Positions 8,065 through 16,167 of a DNA stretch of 24,000 nucleotides are shown here, piece by piece; the stretch's first letter is position 1, and every line of letters begins with the position of its first letter. This DNA is from Tegunavirus sp. BRC001. Position numbers and translations under genes: made by a program. Location of the stretch: sequence record OZ038340.1; one strand, written 5' to 3'. The notes below the pieces were generated by a model. It was not told the DNA's origin, did no database searches, and worked only from the letters and a program-made list of their open reading frames with translations.

Positions 8065-8087
8065 GCTTTTTGAGAATTGTTTTATAA
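8062..8087 (+). promoter_or_regulatory. Candidate MotA-dependent middle promoter for gene 39
   Basis: TTTGCTTTT (8062-8070), 11 nt, TATAAT (8082-8087); no TTTACA-like -35 at the expected position. Confidence 0.45.
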
Positions 8088-8117
8088 TTTCTCATATCCT
8101 AATTATTTGGAGTAGTA

Positions 8118-9938
8118 ATGAGCAACACTGAAATTAAAATGTTATCTGACCGTGAACATGTATTAAAGCGTCCTGGCATGTACGTTGGTTCAGTTACAAA
8201 TGAACCACATGAACGATTTCTGTTTGGTAAGTTTCAAACAGTAAAATATGTGCCAGGTCTTGTTAAAATTATTGATGAGATTATTGATAACTCATTGGAT
8301 GAAGCTATTAGAACTAATTTTGAATTTGCAAATAAAATCGAAGTCAATATTGATGGCAATACAATTTCAGTCAAAGATAATGGTCGTGGTATTCCACAAG
8401 GCATGGTCATTACTCCAGAAGGAACAGAATTGCCCGGTCCGGTAGCATGTTGGACAAGAACTAAAGCCGGTGGTAACTTTGGCGAAGATGCTGAACGTAA
8501 AACTGCAGGCATGAATGGTGTCGGGTCTTCACTTACAAATATTTTCTCAAAGGAATTTGTTGGTGAAACATGCGATGGCACAAATACAATCAAAGTTTCA
8601 TGTAAAGACAACATGGAAAGCATTGATTGGAAAGTAAAACGTGGCGGAAAACAAGGCACTGCAGTAACATTTGTGCCTGATTTCAGTTTACTTGATTGTG
8701 ATGGTATTGATGAAACTATCAACAATATTGTTGAAGACCGATTACAAATTTTAGCCGTTATTTATCCTGAAATTCAGTTCAAATTTAATAGTGCACGAGT
8801 TATTGGTAACTTCAAAAAATATGCAAAAATGTATGATGAAAGTGCAATTATCATGGAAACTGATAATGTCCAATTGGCTATTGGACGATCAGATGATGGC
8901 TTTAGACACTTGTCATTTGTAAATGCAATTCATACAAAGGTCGGTGGATCTCATATTGATTATGTTATTGATGAGCTATCAAATGAATTGATTCCGCAAA
9001 TTAAACGTCGCCATAAAGTTGAAGTTAATAAAGCACGAATCAAAGAATGCTTGACTATGTTATTATTCATTAAGAACATGTCTAATATGCGTTTTGATTC
9101 TCAAACTAAAGAACGATTAACATCTCCATGGGGCGAAGTTAAAGCGCATATCGATATCGATATCAAAAAATTAGCTCGAATGTTTATTGCAAACGAAGTT
9201 GTTTTAATGCCTATCATTGAGGCTGTTCTTGCAAAGCTATTAGCTGCAGAAAAAGCTGCTAATACCAGAGCTAATAAAAAGGCTGCTCGTGCAAAAGTTG
9301 CAAAACACATCAAGGCTAACGCCTACGGTAACGAACAAAAAGAAACAACTTTGTTTTTAACAGAAGGTGATTCTGCGATTGGTTACTTAATTTCTACACG
9401 TGATCGTGAACTTCATGGTGGTTATCCATTACGTGGTAAAGTAATGAATACATGGGGTATGACACCAGCAGAAATGCTCAAGAACAAAGAAATTTTCGAT
9501 ATTTGTGCAATCACTGGATTAACTATTGGTGAACCTGCAGAAAATCTAAATTATCGAAATATTGCAATTATGACAGATGCCGATGTCGATGGTACTGGCT
9601 CGATCTATCCATCGTTATTAGCATTCTTTAGTAATTGGCCTGAACTTTTTGAACAAGGGCGAATCAAGTTTGTCAAAACTCCAGTTGCAATTTGTCAGAA
9701 AGGCAAAGACCAAAAATGGTACTATACAATTGATGAGTATGAAGCAGATAAGCCGAACCTTAAAGGCTATGGCTTCCGATACATCAAAGGATTAGGCTCT
9801 CTAGAAATGGATGAGTATGAACGTGTAATCAATGATCCCCATTTTGATGTAGTGAAACTTCCTGAAAATTGGAAAGAACAGTTTGAAATGCTCATGGGTA
9901 ATGATGCACAACTTCGTAAAAACTGGATGTCAGCGTAA
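8118..9938 (+). CDS. 39: DNA topoisomerase II large (ATPase) subunit, unsplit gp39/gp60
   Basis: GHKL ATPase EIIDNSLDEAIR, VKDNGRGIPQG, GVGSSLTNIFS, and TOPRIM LFLTEGDSAIGYL / IMTDADVDGTGSI in one 606-codon frame. Confidence 0.96.
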   Translation: MSNTEIKMLSDREHVLKRPGMYVGSVTNEPHERFLFGKFQTVKYVPGLVKIIDEIIDNSLDEAIRTNFEFANKIEVNIDGNTISVKDNGRGIPQGMVITPEGTELPGPVACWTRTKAGGNFGEDAERKTAGMNGVGSSLTNIFSKEFVGETCDGTNTIKVSCKDNMESIDWKVKRGGKQGTAVTFVPDFSLLDCDGIDETINNIVEDRLQILAVIYPEIQFKFNSARVIGNFKKYAKMYDESAIIMETDNVQLAIGRSDDGFRHLSFVNAIHTKVGGSHIDYVIDELSNELIPQIKRRHKVEVNKARIKECLTMLLFIKNMSNMRFDSQTKERLTSPWGEVKAHIDIDIKKLARMFIANEVVLMPIIEAVLAKLLAAEKAANTRANKKAARAKVAKHIKANAYGNEQKETTLFLTEGDSAIGYLISTRDRELHGGYPLRGKVMNTWGMTPAEMLKNKEIFDICAITGLTIGEPAENLNYRNIAIMTDADVDGTGSIYPSLLAFFSNWPELFEQGRIKFVKTPVAICQKGKDQKWYYTIDEYEADKPNLKGYGFRYIKGLGSLEMDEYERVINDPHFDVVKLPENWKEQFEMLMGNDAQLRKNWMSA

Positions 9939-9960
9939 GCTGACTCCTTTGGAGAATAAT

Positions 9961-10320
9961 ATGATGAAAATGAAGAAACCTGTAGAATTAAATGCTACTA
10001 TCTACAATCGCTTAGTTAAAGTGTTCAATGATGCAGCAAATGGCTTTAATCGCTGGGGAAATTATGATGCAGGTCTAAAGCACCATCGTTCTCAAATTAT
10101 CGAATTACGCAAACAATTCCCAACGTATCAAGAAATGAAAGATGCTGGCATAAAATTTGTCGATGCATCGAAATACTTGAATGATGCAAATGAAGAAGTT
10201 AGCTGTATGGCATGGGAAGGCAATGCTTCAGAAGCAAAAGTTATTTACTTCATCGATTTTTGTCGTGGATCGGACCGTCCTATTTCATTAAAAATTTATG
10301 GTACTCCTGCACAGCTTTAA
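9961..10320 (+). CDS. Hypothetical protein
   Basis: The track start at 9883 is inside gene 39. ATG at 9961 is preceded by GGAGAATAAT and gives 119 aa (MMKMKKPVELNATIYNRLV...). Confidence 0.7.
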   Translation: MMKMKKPVELNATIYNRLVKVFNDAANGFNRWGNYDAGLKHHRSQIIELRKQFPTYQEMKDAGIKFVDASKYLNDANEEVSCMAWEGNASEAKVIYFIDFCRGSDRPISLKIYGTPAQL

Positions 10321-10365
10321 GCAAATCTTAAAGGAAAATTACCCATCTAGTTATTGGAGAAAACA

Positions 10366-10560
10366 ATGAAAATCGTAATTGAAGTCGTAGCAACAAACAT
10401 GGATTCTGGGCACATTGCAGTACACCAAGAAACAGTCGATATTGAAATTGAGTCAGAACAAATTAAATCATTCTATATTGATAAGTTAACAAATTCAGAG
10501 CTCCTTTGCCCGAAAAAGGTAGGCCCTATTTTAATTACTCGCACTATCACAATTCTTTAA
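10366..10560 (+). CDS. Small hypothetical protein
   Basis: ATG at 10366 is preceded by TTGGAGAAAACA; the TTG at 10354 in the track overlaps the Shine-Dalgarno sequence. Confidence 0.65.
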   Translation: MKIVIEVVATNMDSGHIAVHQETVDIEIESEQIKSFYIDKLTNSELLCPKKVGPILITRTITIL

Positions 10561-10584
10561 TCCCAAATTAATTGGAGAAAACAT

Positions 10585-11607
10585 ATGTCATTCATTAAAT
10601 ATTCTAGCCTTGAAAATCACACTAATGATAAGTTCATCCAGAAATGTTTTGAAGCTGTAGCCAACGGCGAAGGAACTGTCAACACCGAATTTGTTGCTCG
10701 AGAAAAAATTCACGGCACAAACTTCTCGGTAATTATCGCACCTGATTCGATTCAAGCTGCAAAACGTTCAGGCCCTATTGCAATTACTGAAAAATTCTTT
10801 GGATATGAAGACCTAATGGCTGAGTTGGATGACATCTTTAAAGAAATTCAACAAGACCTTGTTAAAAATGTGCCTTCATTTAAATCAATTCAAATTTTTG
10901 GTGAATATGCAGGTGGTGGAATCCAGAAAGAAGTTGATTATGGTCCTAAATCATTTTATGTATTTGACATCTTCATGGATGCTCCAGATTCTGGATTCTC
11001 TCATGGCTGGTGGTCAGATGACAATGTTCAAGCATTCTGCGATTATCGTGGTTTAAAAATTGCTCCTCTAGTTGCCCGTGGAACACTTGAGCAACTGCTT
11101 AAATTGCCAGTGGAATTTGATTCTATTGTCCCATCATTAACTTGGGAAAATATGTATAGCGTTCATGCACAACCTGCTCCTAAAGATAATGTTGCAGAAG
11201 GGCTGGTAATTAAGCCAAACAACCCTATGTTCTTGCCTAATGGTTCTCGTCTTGCGATTAAATATAAGACAGATAAATTTAAAGAAAAAGGTAAAGGCAA
11301 AGCTCCTAAAATTCCTGTGCCATTGAGTGATGCCGATAAAGAGTTATTAAACAAATTATCAGAGTTCTCAACACTTGCTCGGATTTCAAATGTAGCTTCT
11401 CATATCGGTGAATTAACTCCTAAAATGTTTGGTAAACTTTTAGGCATGACAATGCATGATTTATTGACTGAAGCCGAACGTGAAGGTATTAGCCCTAAAT
11501 CTGCTGAAGCGCCATCTAAAGTTAAAAATGAATTGCAGAAAATTGTTCAAGTCGATGTTCGTGAATTCTGGACATCATACGACTTTCCGGTTGTAAATGT
11601 AGAATAA
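10585..11607 (+). CDS. rnlB: RNA ligase 2 (Rnl2 type)
   Basis: KYSSLENH..., nucleotidyltransferase motif I AREKIHGTNFS, FGEYAGGGIQK, EGLVIKP; collinear with T4 Rnl2. Confidence 0.95.
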   Translation: MSFIKYSSLENHTNDKFIQKCFEAVANGEGTVNTEFVAREKIHGTNFSVIIAPDSIQAAKRSGPIAITEKFFGYEDLMAELDDIFKEIQQDLVKNVPSFKSIQIFGEYAGGGIQKEVDYGPKSFYVFDIFMDAPDSGFSHGWWSDDNVQAFCDYRGLKIAPLVARGTLEQLLKLPVEFDSIVPSLTWENMYSVHAQPAPKDNVAEGLVIKPNNPMFLPNGSRLAIKYKTDKFKEKGKGKAPKIPVPLSDADKELLNKLSEFSTLARISNVASHIGELTPKMFGKLLGMTMHDLLTEAEREGISPKSAEAPSKVKNELQKIVQVDVREFWTSYDFPVVNVE

Positions 11608-11614
11608 AATAATT

Positions 11615-11642
11615 AGCCCAGATAGTTTACATTATCTGGGCT
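11615..11642 (+). terminator. Intrinsic terminator whose loop carries a -35 box
   Basis: AGCCCAGATA-GTTTACAT-TATCTGGGCT followed by TTTTG. Confidence 0.82.
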
Positions 11643-11654
11643 TTTTGATATTAT
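11626..11654 (+). promoter_or_regulatory. Early promoter overlapping the terminator
   Basis: TTTACA (11626-11631, terminator loop), N17, TATTAT (11649-11654), N5, TATCAC. Confidence 0.75.
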
Positions 11655-11682
11655 AGACTTATCACCTAATGAGTACATTGAA

Positions 11683-12060
11683 ATGAGCAAATTTAATCTT
11701 GTAACTGGTTTAGAAAATATGATCGCACAGGTAGAAGCTATGCCGCAAGATACAGAATTCCGTATGGATTTATACAAAACATGCGTGATAGGTAAAACTG
11801 TCGGTTGGTCTAAAGATGCCTGGGGTGATATAAATGAATCTGCGACTATTCGAAAATTATTTGGCATAAAGAAATCTGATGCAATCTGGAAATTATTTTC
11901 TGGTGGAGCAGAAGTTAATTATGTCGATCGAACTTGGAAGGTTATTCGCCTTTTCACGGATGCAATTGGTGAAGTTGTCTCACGTGATGTATGGCTAAAA
12001 CTAGCAAAATCTACTTTAGAAGAGGTCAAAAATGAAAAACAAACGAAATCCAATAGCTAA
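11683..12060 (+). CDS. Hypothetical protein
   Basis: 125 aa ORF downstream of the 11626 promoter. Confidence 0.7.
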   Translation: MSKFNLVTGLENMIAQVEAMPQDTEFRMDLYKTCVIGKTVGWSKDAWGDINESATIRKLFGIKKSDAIWKLFSGGAEVNYVDRTWKVIRLFTDAIGEVVSRDVWLKLAKSTLEEVKNEKQTKSNS

Positions 12061-12157
12061 GGCTGTTAGAACACCTGCGTTCAAAATGCAGGTTGTCAAA
12101 GATCGTACTAAGTATGATCGAAAGGATAAATTTAAAAAGGACCTACGGGTCCTTTAA
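12032..12157 (+). CDS. ArfA-like small basic protein (candidate alternative ribosome-rescue factor)
   Basis: Unlisted 41-aa ORF MKNKRNPIAKAVRTPAFKMQVVKDRTKYDRKDKFKKDLRVL with AGAGG upstream. The pattern N-x-I-...-P-x-F-K/R-...-V-x-K-...-Y-x-R-K-x-K aligns with E. coli ArfA [31 protein letters not shown]. Confidence 0.55.
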   Translation: MKNKRNPIAKAVRTPAFKMQVVKDRTKYDRKDKFKKDLRVL

Positions 12158-12162
12158 TTTTT
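12136..12162 (+). terminator. Intrinsic terminator embedded in the end of the ArfA-like ORF
   Basis: AAAGGACC (12136-12143)-TACG-GGTCCTTT (12148-12155) then AATTTTT; the TAA stop (12155-12157) sits at the hairpin base and U-tract. Confidence 0.8.
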
Positions 12163-12183
12163 GTATATTATTTTCTTGGACTG

Positions 12184-12212
12184 TTTACTTTAGTAGCATT
12201 TGTTGGTATAAT
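12184..12212 (+). promoter_or_regulatory. Early promoter
   Basis: TTTACT (12184-12189), N17, TATAAT (12207-12212), N5, TATCAA. Confidence 0.85.
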
Positions 12213-12250
12213 AATCATATCAAATCGAATATCATGATGAGGAAATTGAA

Positions 12251-12451
12251 ATGAAAATCGATATTATTAAATTACGTACTGCAATTGATCATCACCACCA
12301 TGCACAAGAACGATTCTTTGATGAACACCAAGCTGCAGTTGACCGCAATTTAAATTTAGAAATGGCTGCACGTATTGATGCGGAAGTTCACACGGATGAA
12401 GATATTCGTCGTTCAGTCGAATTATTGAAACAATATGAACATGTACTTTAA
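12251..12451 (+). CDS. Small hypothetical protein
   Basis: 66 aa ORF with GAGGAAATTGAA upstream; directly upstream of rIIA. Confidence 0.7.
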   Translation: MKIDIIKLRTAIDHHHHAQERFFDEHQAAVDRNLNLEMAARIDAEVHTDEDIRRSVELLKQYEHVL

Positions 12452-12470
12452 TTTATAGGCGAAAACTGAA

Positions 12471-14678
12471 ATGAAATTCAATGAACAACATGAAACAATT
12501 CTTGGTAATAGCTCTGATGCACACACATTTACTATTAGCACATCGGCAAAAGCCTTTCAAATTTTGTCAAGTGGCATTTATAAAAATAAAATTCGTGCAG
12601 TAGTTCGTGAAGTAATTTGCAACGCATTAGATGCGCATCGCTTAATCAATTCATCTGAAAAATTCATCATTAAAGCTCCAACTGAACTTGATCCAAGATT
12701 TGTGGTACGAGATTTTGGTCCCGGGTTAAGTCATGATGACATGATTACAATTTATACTCAATACTTTAAGTCTCTCAAAACTGAAGATGGTAATCAGATC
12801 GGCGGGTTCGGTTTAGGTGCTAAGTCTCCATTCTCCTATACAGACACATTTAATGTAACATCATATCATGAAGGAATAGTTCGAATTTATACGGCGGCTC
12901 TATCGAATGGCGAGCCTCAACTAATGAAAGTTTTCGAAGGCCCATTTGAAGATGGCGATCGAAATGGTATTGAAGTCACGGTTCCAGTTAAATTAGACGA
13001 TATTGGCATTTGGCAGATTGAACTTCGATACATATTGACGCCATTTGATCCAGCGACATTTGAAATTCGAGGCACTTCATTAGATATTAAACATTTGTGT
13101 GACTATGAAACATATACACAACACCCTGAAATGTTTCTGACTTCATCAAATCAATACACAAATCCGCCAGGTGTATATGCGATTTGTGGCAATATCGTTT
13201 ATCCACTAGATGGCACGCCTGGCATGAAATGCTCATGGCTTCGCGCTACTGCATCTGTTGTTTATGTACATTTTGACATTAATGAATTGATGCCACAACC
13301 TTCACGTGAACAATTGCAGATGGATGAGTTCACTGTCAAAAATATTTGTGCAAAGGTCAACAAGCTTAATAATGACCTGATGGAAAAGGACTTAAATGAT
13401 TTGCGCAAAATTCAATATGCCCGCCCATTGGTTCGTGCATTAAACAAATTGCCTTCAGCAAAGTTCCAAGCAATTGAACGTGACAAAATTGAATTTTTAG
13501 ATGGCATGGATACCGATAAACTTTATTCTTCGGTAAAAGTGGTAAATTCATTAAAATTAACGAACATGTTAAGTCATGCAAGAGTATACACGGTAGACCC
13601 ATACACTCCAAAAATTAAAAAAGTTGTCGATAATATTTCTATTTGGCGACGTTTCAAAATATCAGAAGTTCGTCTTTCTGAGTTGGTCGAATATTCTCGC
13701 CCAGAAATAACTTTTCTAGTGGATGAAGGGCTTACTATTAAGAAACTTAAGGATACTATTAGAGCCATTGCAATGACGCCTAATGCAAAATATCCTAAAA
13801 CATCTACTGAAATTATTGTAGTTCGTAAGGATATTCCAGATGAAATGGAGCTTATTGATGTATTTAAAGACATCTATGAAGGCGATACTGTACGTGTCTT
13901 GACTACTTCTGAGCTTGAGGCCATTCGTAAGAAATTGGAAGAAAAGGCTAGAGCCAATAAACCTAAGACACCACGAGAAAAACGTCCGGCTTCACCAAAT
14001 GCGTCACTTGTAAAATTTGACCATGCCACCAAGCGATACAAAACCGAAGATTTGTATTTGACTTCTAGCGAAGTTGCTGAACTATCTGGGCTGTGTATAG
14101 GTAGTTATAATAATGATCCTACATCATTGAGTGCAGAATTTAAGTTTGTAGATGGCGTGGATCTTCACCGAATCAAGACACTGGCAAAAACATTCGCAGT
14201 AAGTGAGTATTATATTGTTCGCCCTGCAATCTATAAACGAGTCCTAGCAAATAAAAATTTGAGATGCATGATTGAATTTATTTTTGCTAATGTCACAAAA
14301 CTAGTTGACAATTTTAATGTAGATGAATACTGTTATGTTTCTACAGGTGTCAAGATTCACGATAACCTACTTAGTAATAAAAAACTACATAAGATTTATG
14401 GATCCATAGGAGGTGCATATACTCCAGAATTCATTGAATTCAACAATACCATTCAACTTGCTCGGAATATTCGAGTTAATTATGAAACTCCGACACAAAG
14501 TGAATTTATCAAATCTCTTAACTCATACCATAATAACATGGATGCAGCAAAAGAAGTATTTGAGAAATTTAGAGAAGACCTTGTTAAGAAACACCCAATG
14601 GTCAGCTATATTTTGAAAACTTCGTATGGCATCTGCGACGATATCGCAGATGACATCATCAAAACATTAGGAGTATAA
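12471..14678 (+). CDS. rIIA: rIIA protein
   Basis: HETILGNSSDAHTFTISTSAKAFQILSSGIYKNKIRAVVREVICNALDAH and GGFGLGAKSPFSYTDTFNVTSYHEG match T4 rIIA. Confidence 0.95.
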   Translation: MKFNEQHETILGNSSDAHTFTISTSAKAFQILSSGIYKNKIRAVVREVICNALDAHRLINSSEKFIIKAPTELDPRFVVRDFGPGLSHDDMITIYTQYFKSLKTEDGNQIGGFGLGAKSPFSYTDTFNVTSYHEGIVRIYTAALSNGEPQLMKVFEGPFEDGDRNGIEVTVPVKLDDIGIWQIELRYILTPFDPATFEIRGTSLDIKHLCDYETYTQHPEMFLTSSNQYTNPPGVYAICGNIVYPLDGTPGMKCSWLRATASVVYVHFDINELMPQPSREQLQMDEFTVKNICAKVNKLNNDLMEKDLNDLRKIQYARPLVRALNKLPSAKFQAIERDKIEFLDGMDTDKLYSSVKVVNSLKLTNMLSHARVYTVDPYTPKIKKVVDNISIWRRFKISEVRLSELVEYSRPEITFLVDEGLTIKKLKDTIRAIAMTPNAKYPKTSTEIIVVRKDIPDEMELIDVFKDIYEGDTVRVLTTSELEAIRKKLEEKARANKPKTPREKRPASPNASLVKFDHATKRYKTEDLYLTSSEVAELSGLCIGSYNNDPTSLSAEFKFVDGVDLHRIKTLAKTFAVSEYYIVRPAIYKRVLANKNLRCMIEFIFANVTKLVDNFNVDEYCYVSTGVKIHDNLLSNKKLHKIYGSIGGAYTPEFIEFNNTIQLARNIRVNYETPTQSEFIKSLNSYHNNMDAAKEVFEKFREDLVKKHPMVSYILKTSYGICDDIADDIIKTLGV

Positions 14679-14679
14679 C

Positions 14680-14781
14680 ATGATGCCAGTATCATTCATA
14701 GTGGTATCGGCAGTAGTCGCAATAACATTAATTCTTGCAATCGTCATACTTTATGTATGGTGGTTGTATGAATTTAAATAA
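14680..14781 (+). CDS. 33-aa membrane peptide between rIIA and rIIB (not in ORF track)
   Basis: MMPVSFIVVSAVVAITLILAIVILYVWWLYEFK, starting 1 nt after the rIIA stop. Confidence 0.45.
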   Translation: MMPVSFIVVSAVVAITLILAIVILYVWWLYEFK

Positions 14782-14788
14782 GCTGATT

Positions 14789-14814
14789 ACTGCTTCACAA
14801 AATTTGTTTATAAT
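14789..14814 (+). promoter_or_regulatory. Candidate MotA-dependent middle promoter for rIIB
   Basis: ACTGCTTCA (14789-14797; core TGCTTCA), 11 nt, TATAAT (14809-14814); overlaps a weak ATTACT -35-like hexamer at 14786 with a 17-nt spacer. Confidence 0.6.
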
Positions 14815-14842
14815 AGTTTTATCTTCTTAAAAGGAAAGTCTC

Positions 14843-16129
14843 ATGTCTAAATTGTCTAAAGAGCAAATTTCATCATTATTGATTGGACGTGCATCAGGCG
14901 TTACACAACGTGCTATTGCAGAAAGTTTAAATTGTTCTATTGATACGGTTCGTCGTATCCAAAATGCAAATATTGAACAACTCTCATTATTCACACGAGT
15001 TCCTGGCACCAAGTCAATTTTTAAATTGACTGATGAATCTGCACAGCTTTATATCAAAGATGAATTTTGTGCATTTGAATTAGAAATCACTGGTGACAAA
15101 AAAGACGGTGTCATCTATGCAAATGACATTTATGTTGGTAAATTACTCGATGACGAGCAAGAAATTGATGATGAAACATTTGACAATTGGTCATTCTTTG
15201 AAAATGATGTAGGTGTCATGAAACATATCCGAGTCGGCAAAGTAGTTATTACAGGTGCACCTCAACATCATAGCGAAGAGGAATTGGAGGAAATCGGAGT
15301 AGAAATCAAGAAGCGTCAACATAAAGAAAAATTCGCTGAAGGACAAAAATTTATTCTAAAACGAGCTCCTCAACAAAAGTCGGAAACAGCAAAATCTATT
15401 GATGGAAAAATTACATCAACTGAACCTGAATCTGCAACATGGACTGCATCTTCAAAATTTATTTCAATTGTCAAAGGACGTAAAACGTTTAATGTCGATT
15501 CATCTCATCCTAAATTTAAAGATGCATTACAGTTATTAATCAACGGCGATGTAGAACAAGCAATCGATATGATTAATACTGAACGTGCAGTGTCTAAATA
15601 CACTAAAGGCAATGTGGAAATTAGTAATGGGCAATTGTTCTACAAAGGTATTGAAATCCGTTCCGGATTGACATCTCGCATTATTTCCTCCATGGAAGCT
15701 GGCGAAGATTTTGAGTTTTACTTGCCATTCCTTGAAAATCTTATGCTTAATCCATCTGAACGTGCAGTTAAACGCCTGTTTGACTTCTTACAAGCAAACG
15801 ACATCGAAATTACAGCAGATGGCCATTTTATTGCATGGAAAAAGGTGAATTCTAATTTCTACGACATCTACACAAACACAATGGACAACAGCCCAGGCAA
15901 AGTAGTTGAAATGCCTCGAAATATGGTCAATGAAGATGATGAGCAAACTTGTTCAAACGGCCTTCATGTTTGTTCTAAATCATATCTAAGCCATTATGCT
16001 TCGTGTTCTAGTAACCGAGTAGTACGAGTTAAAGTACATCCACAAGATGTAGTATCAATTCCAGTTGATTACAATAATGCCAAAATGCGCACATGCAAAT
16101 ACGTTGTTATTGACGAAGTTAAACTCTAA
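14843..16129 (+). CDS. rIIB: rIIB protein
   Basis: ASKFISIVKGRKTFNVDSSHPKFKDALQLL, RSGLTSRIISSMEAGEDFEFYLPFLENLMLNPSERAVKRLFDFLQANDIEIT and CSNGLHVCSKSYLSHY match T4 rIIB; N-terminal HTH. Confidence 0.95.
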   Translation: MSKLSKEQISSLLIGRASGVTQRAIAESLNCSIDTVRRIQNANIEQLSLFTRVPGTKSIFKLTDESAQLYIKDEFCAFELEITGDKKDGVIYANDIYVGKLLDDEQEIDDETFDNWSFFENDVGVMKHIRVGKVVITGAPQHHSEEELEEIGVEIKKRQHKEKFAEGQKFILKRAPQQKSETAKSIDGKITSTEPESATWTASSKFISIVKGRKTFNVDSSHPKFKDALQLLINGDVEQAIDMINTERAVSKYTKGNVEISNGQLFYKGIEIRSGLTSRIISSMEAGEDFEFYLPFLENLMLNPSERAVKRLFDFLQANDIEITADGHFIAWKKVNSNFYDIYTNTMDNSPGKVVEMPRNMVNEDDEQTCSNGLHVCSKSYLSHYASCSSNRVVRVKVHPQDVVSIPVDYNNAKMRTCKYVVIDEVKL

Positions 16130-16140
16130 TTTTCTAACAC

Positions 16141-16158
16141 GGGCCTTCGGGCCCTTTT
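16141..16158 (+). terminator. Intrinsic terminator with UUCG tetraloop
   Basis: GGGCC-TTCG-GGCCC followed by TTTT, 11 nt after the rIIB stop. Confidence 0.85.
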
Positions 16159-16167
16159 GAGGCATAC

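Noticed and set aside
8234-8725. 163-codon minus-strand ORF inside gene 39
   Set aside because: Lies opposite conserved GHKL ATPase motifs; composition is typical of an antisense shadow.
9883-9960. Upstream part of ORF 9883..10320
   Set aside because: This segment is inside gene 39; the ATG at 9961 with a GGAG upstream is the likely start.
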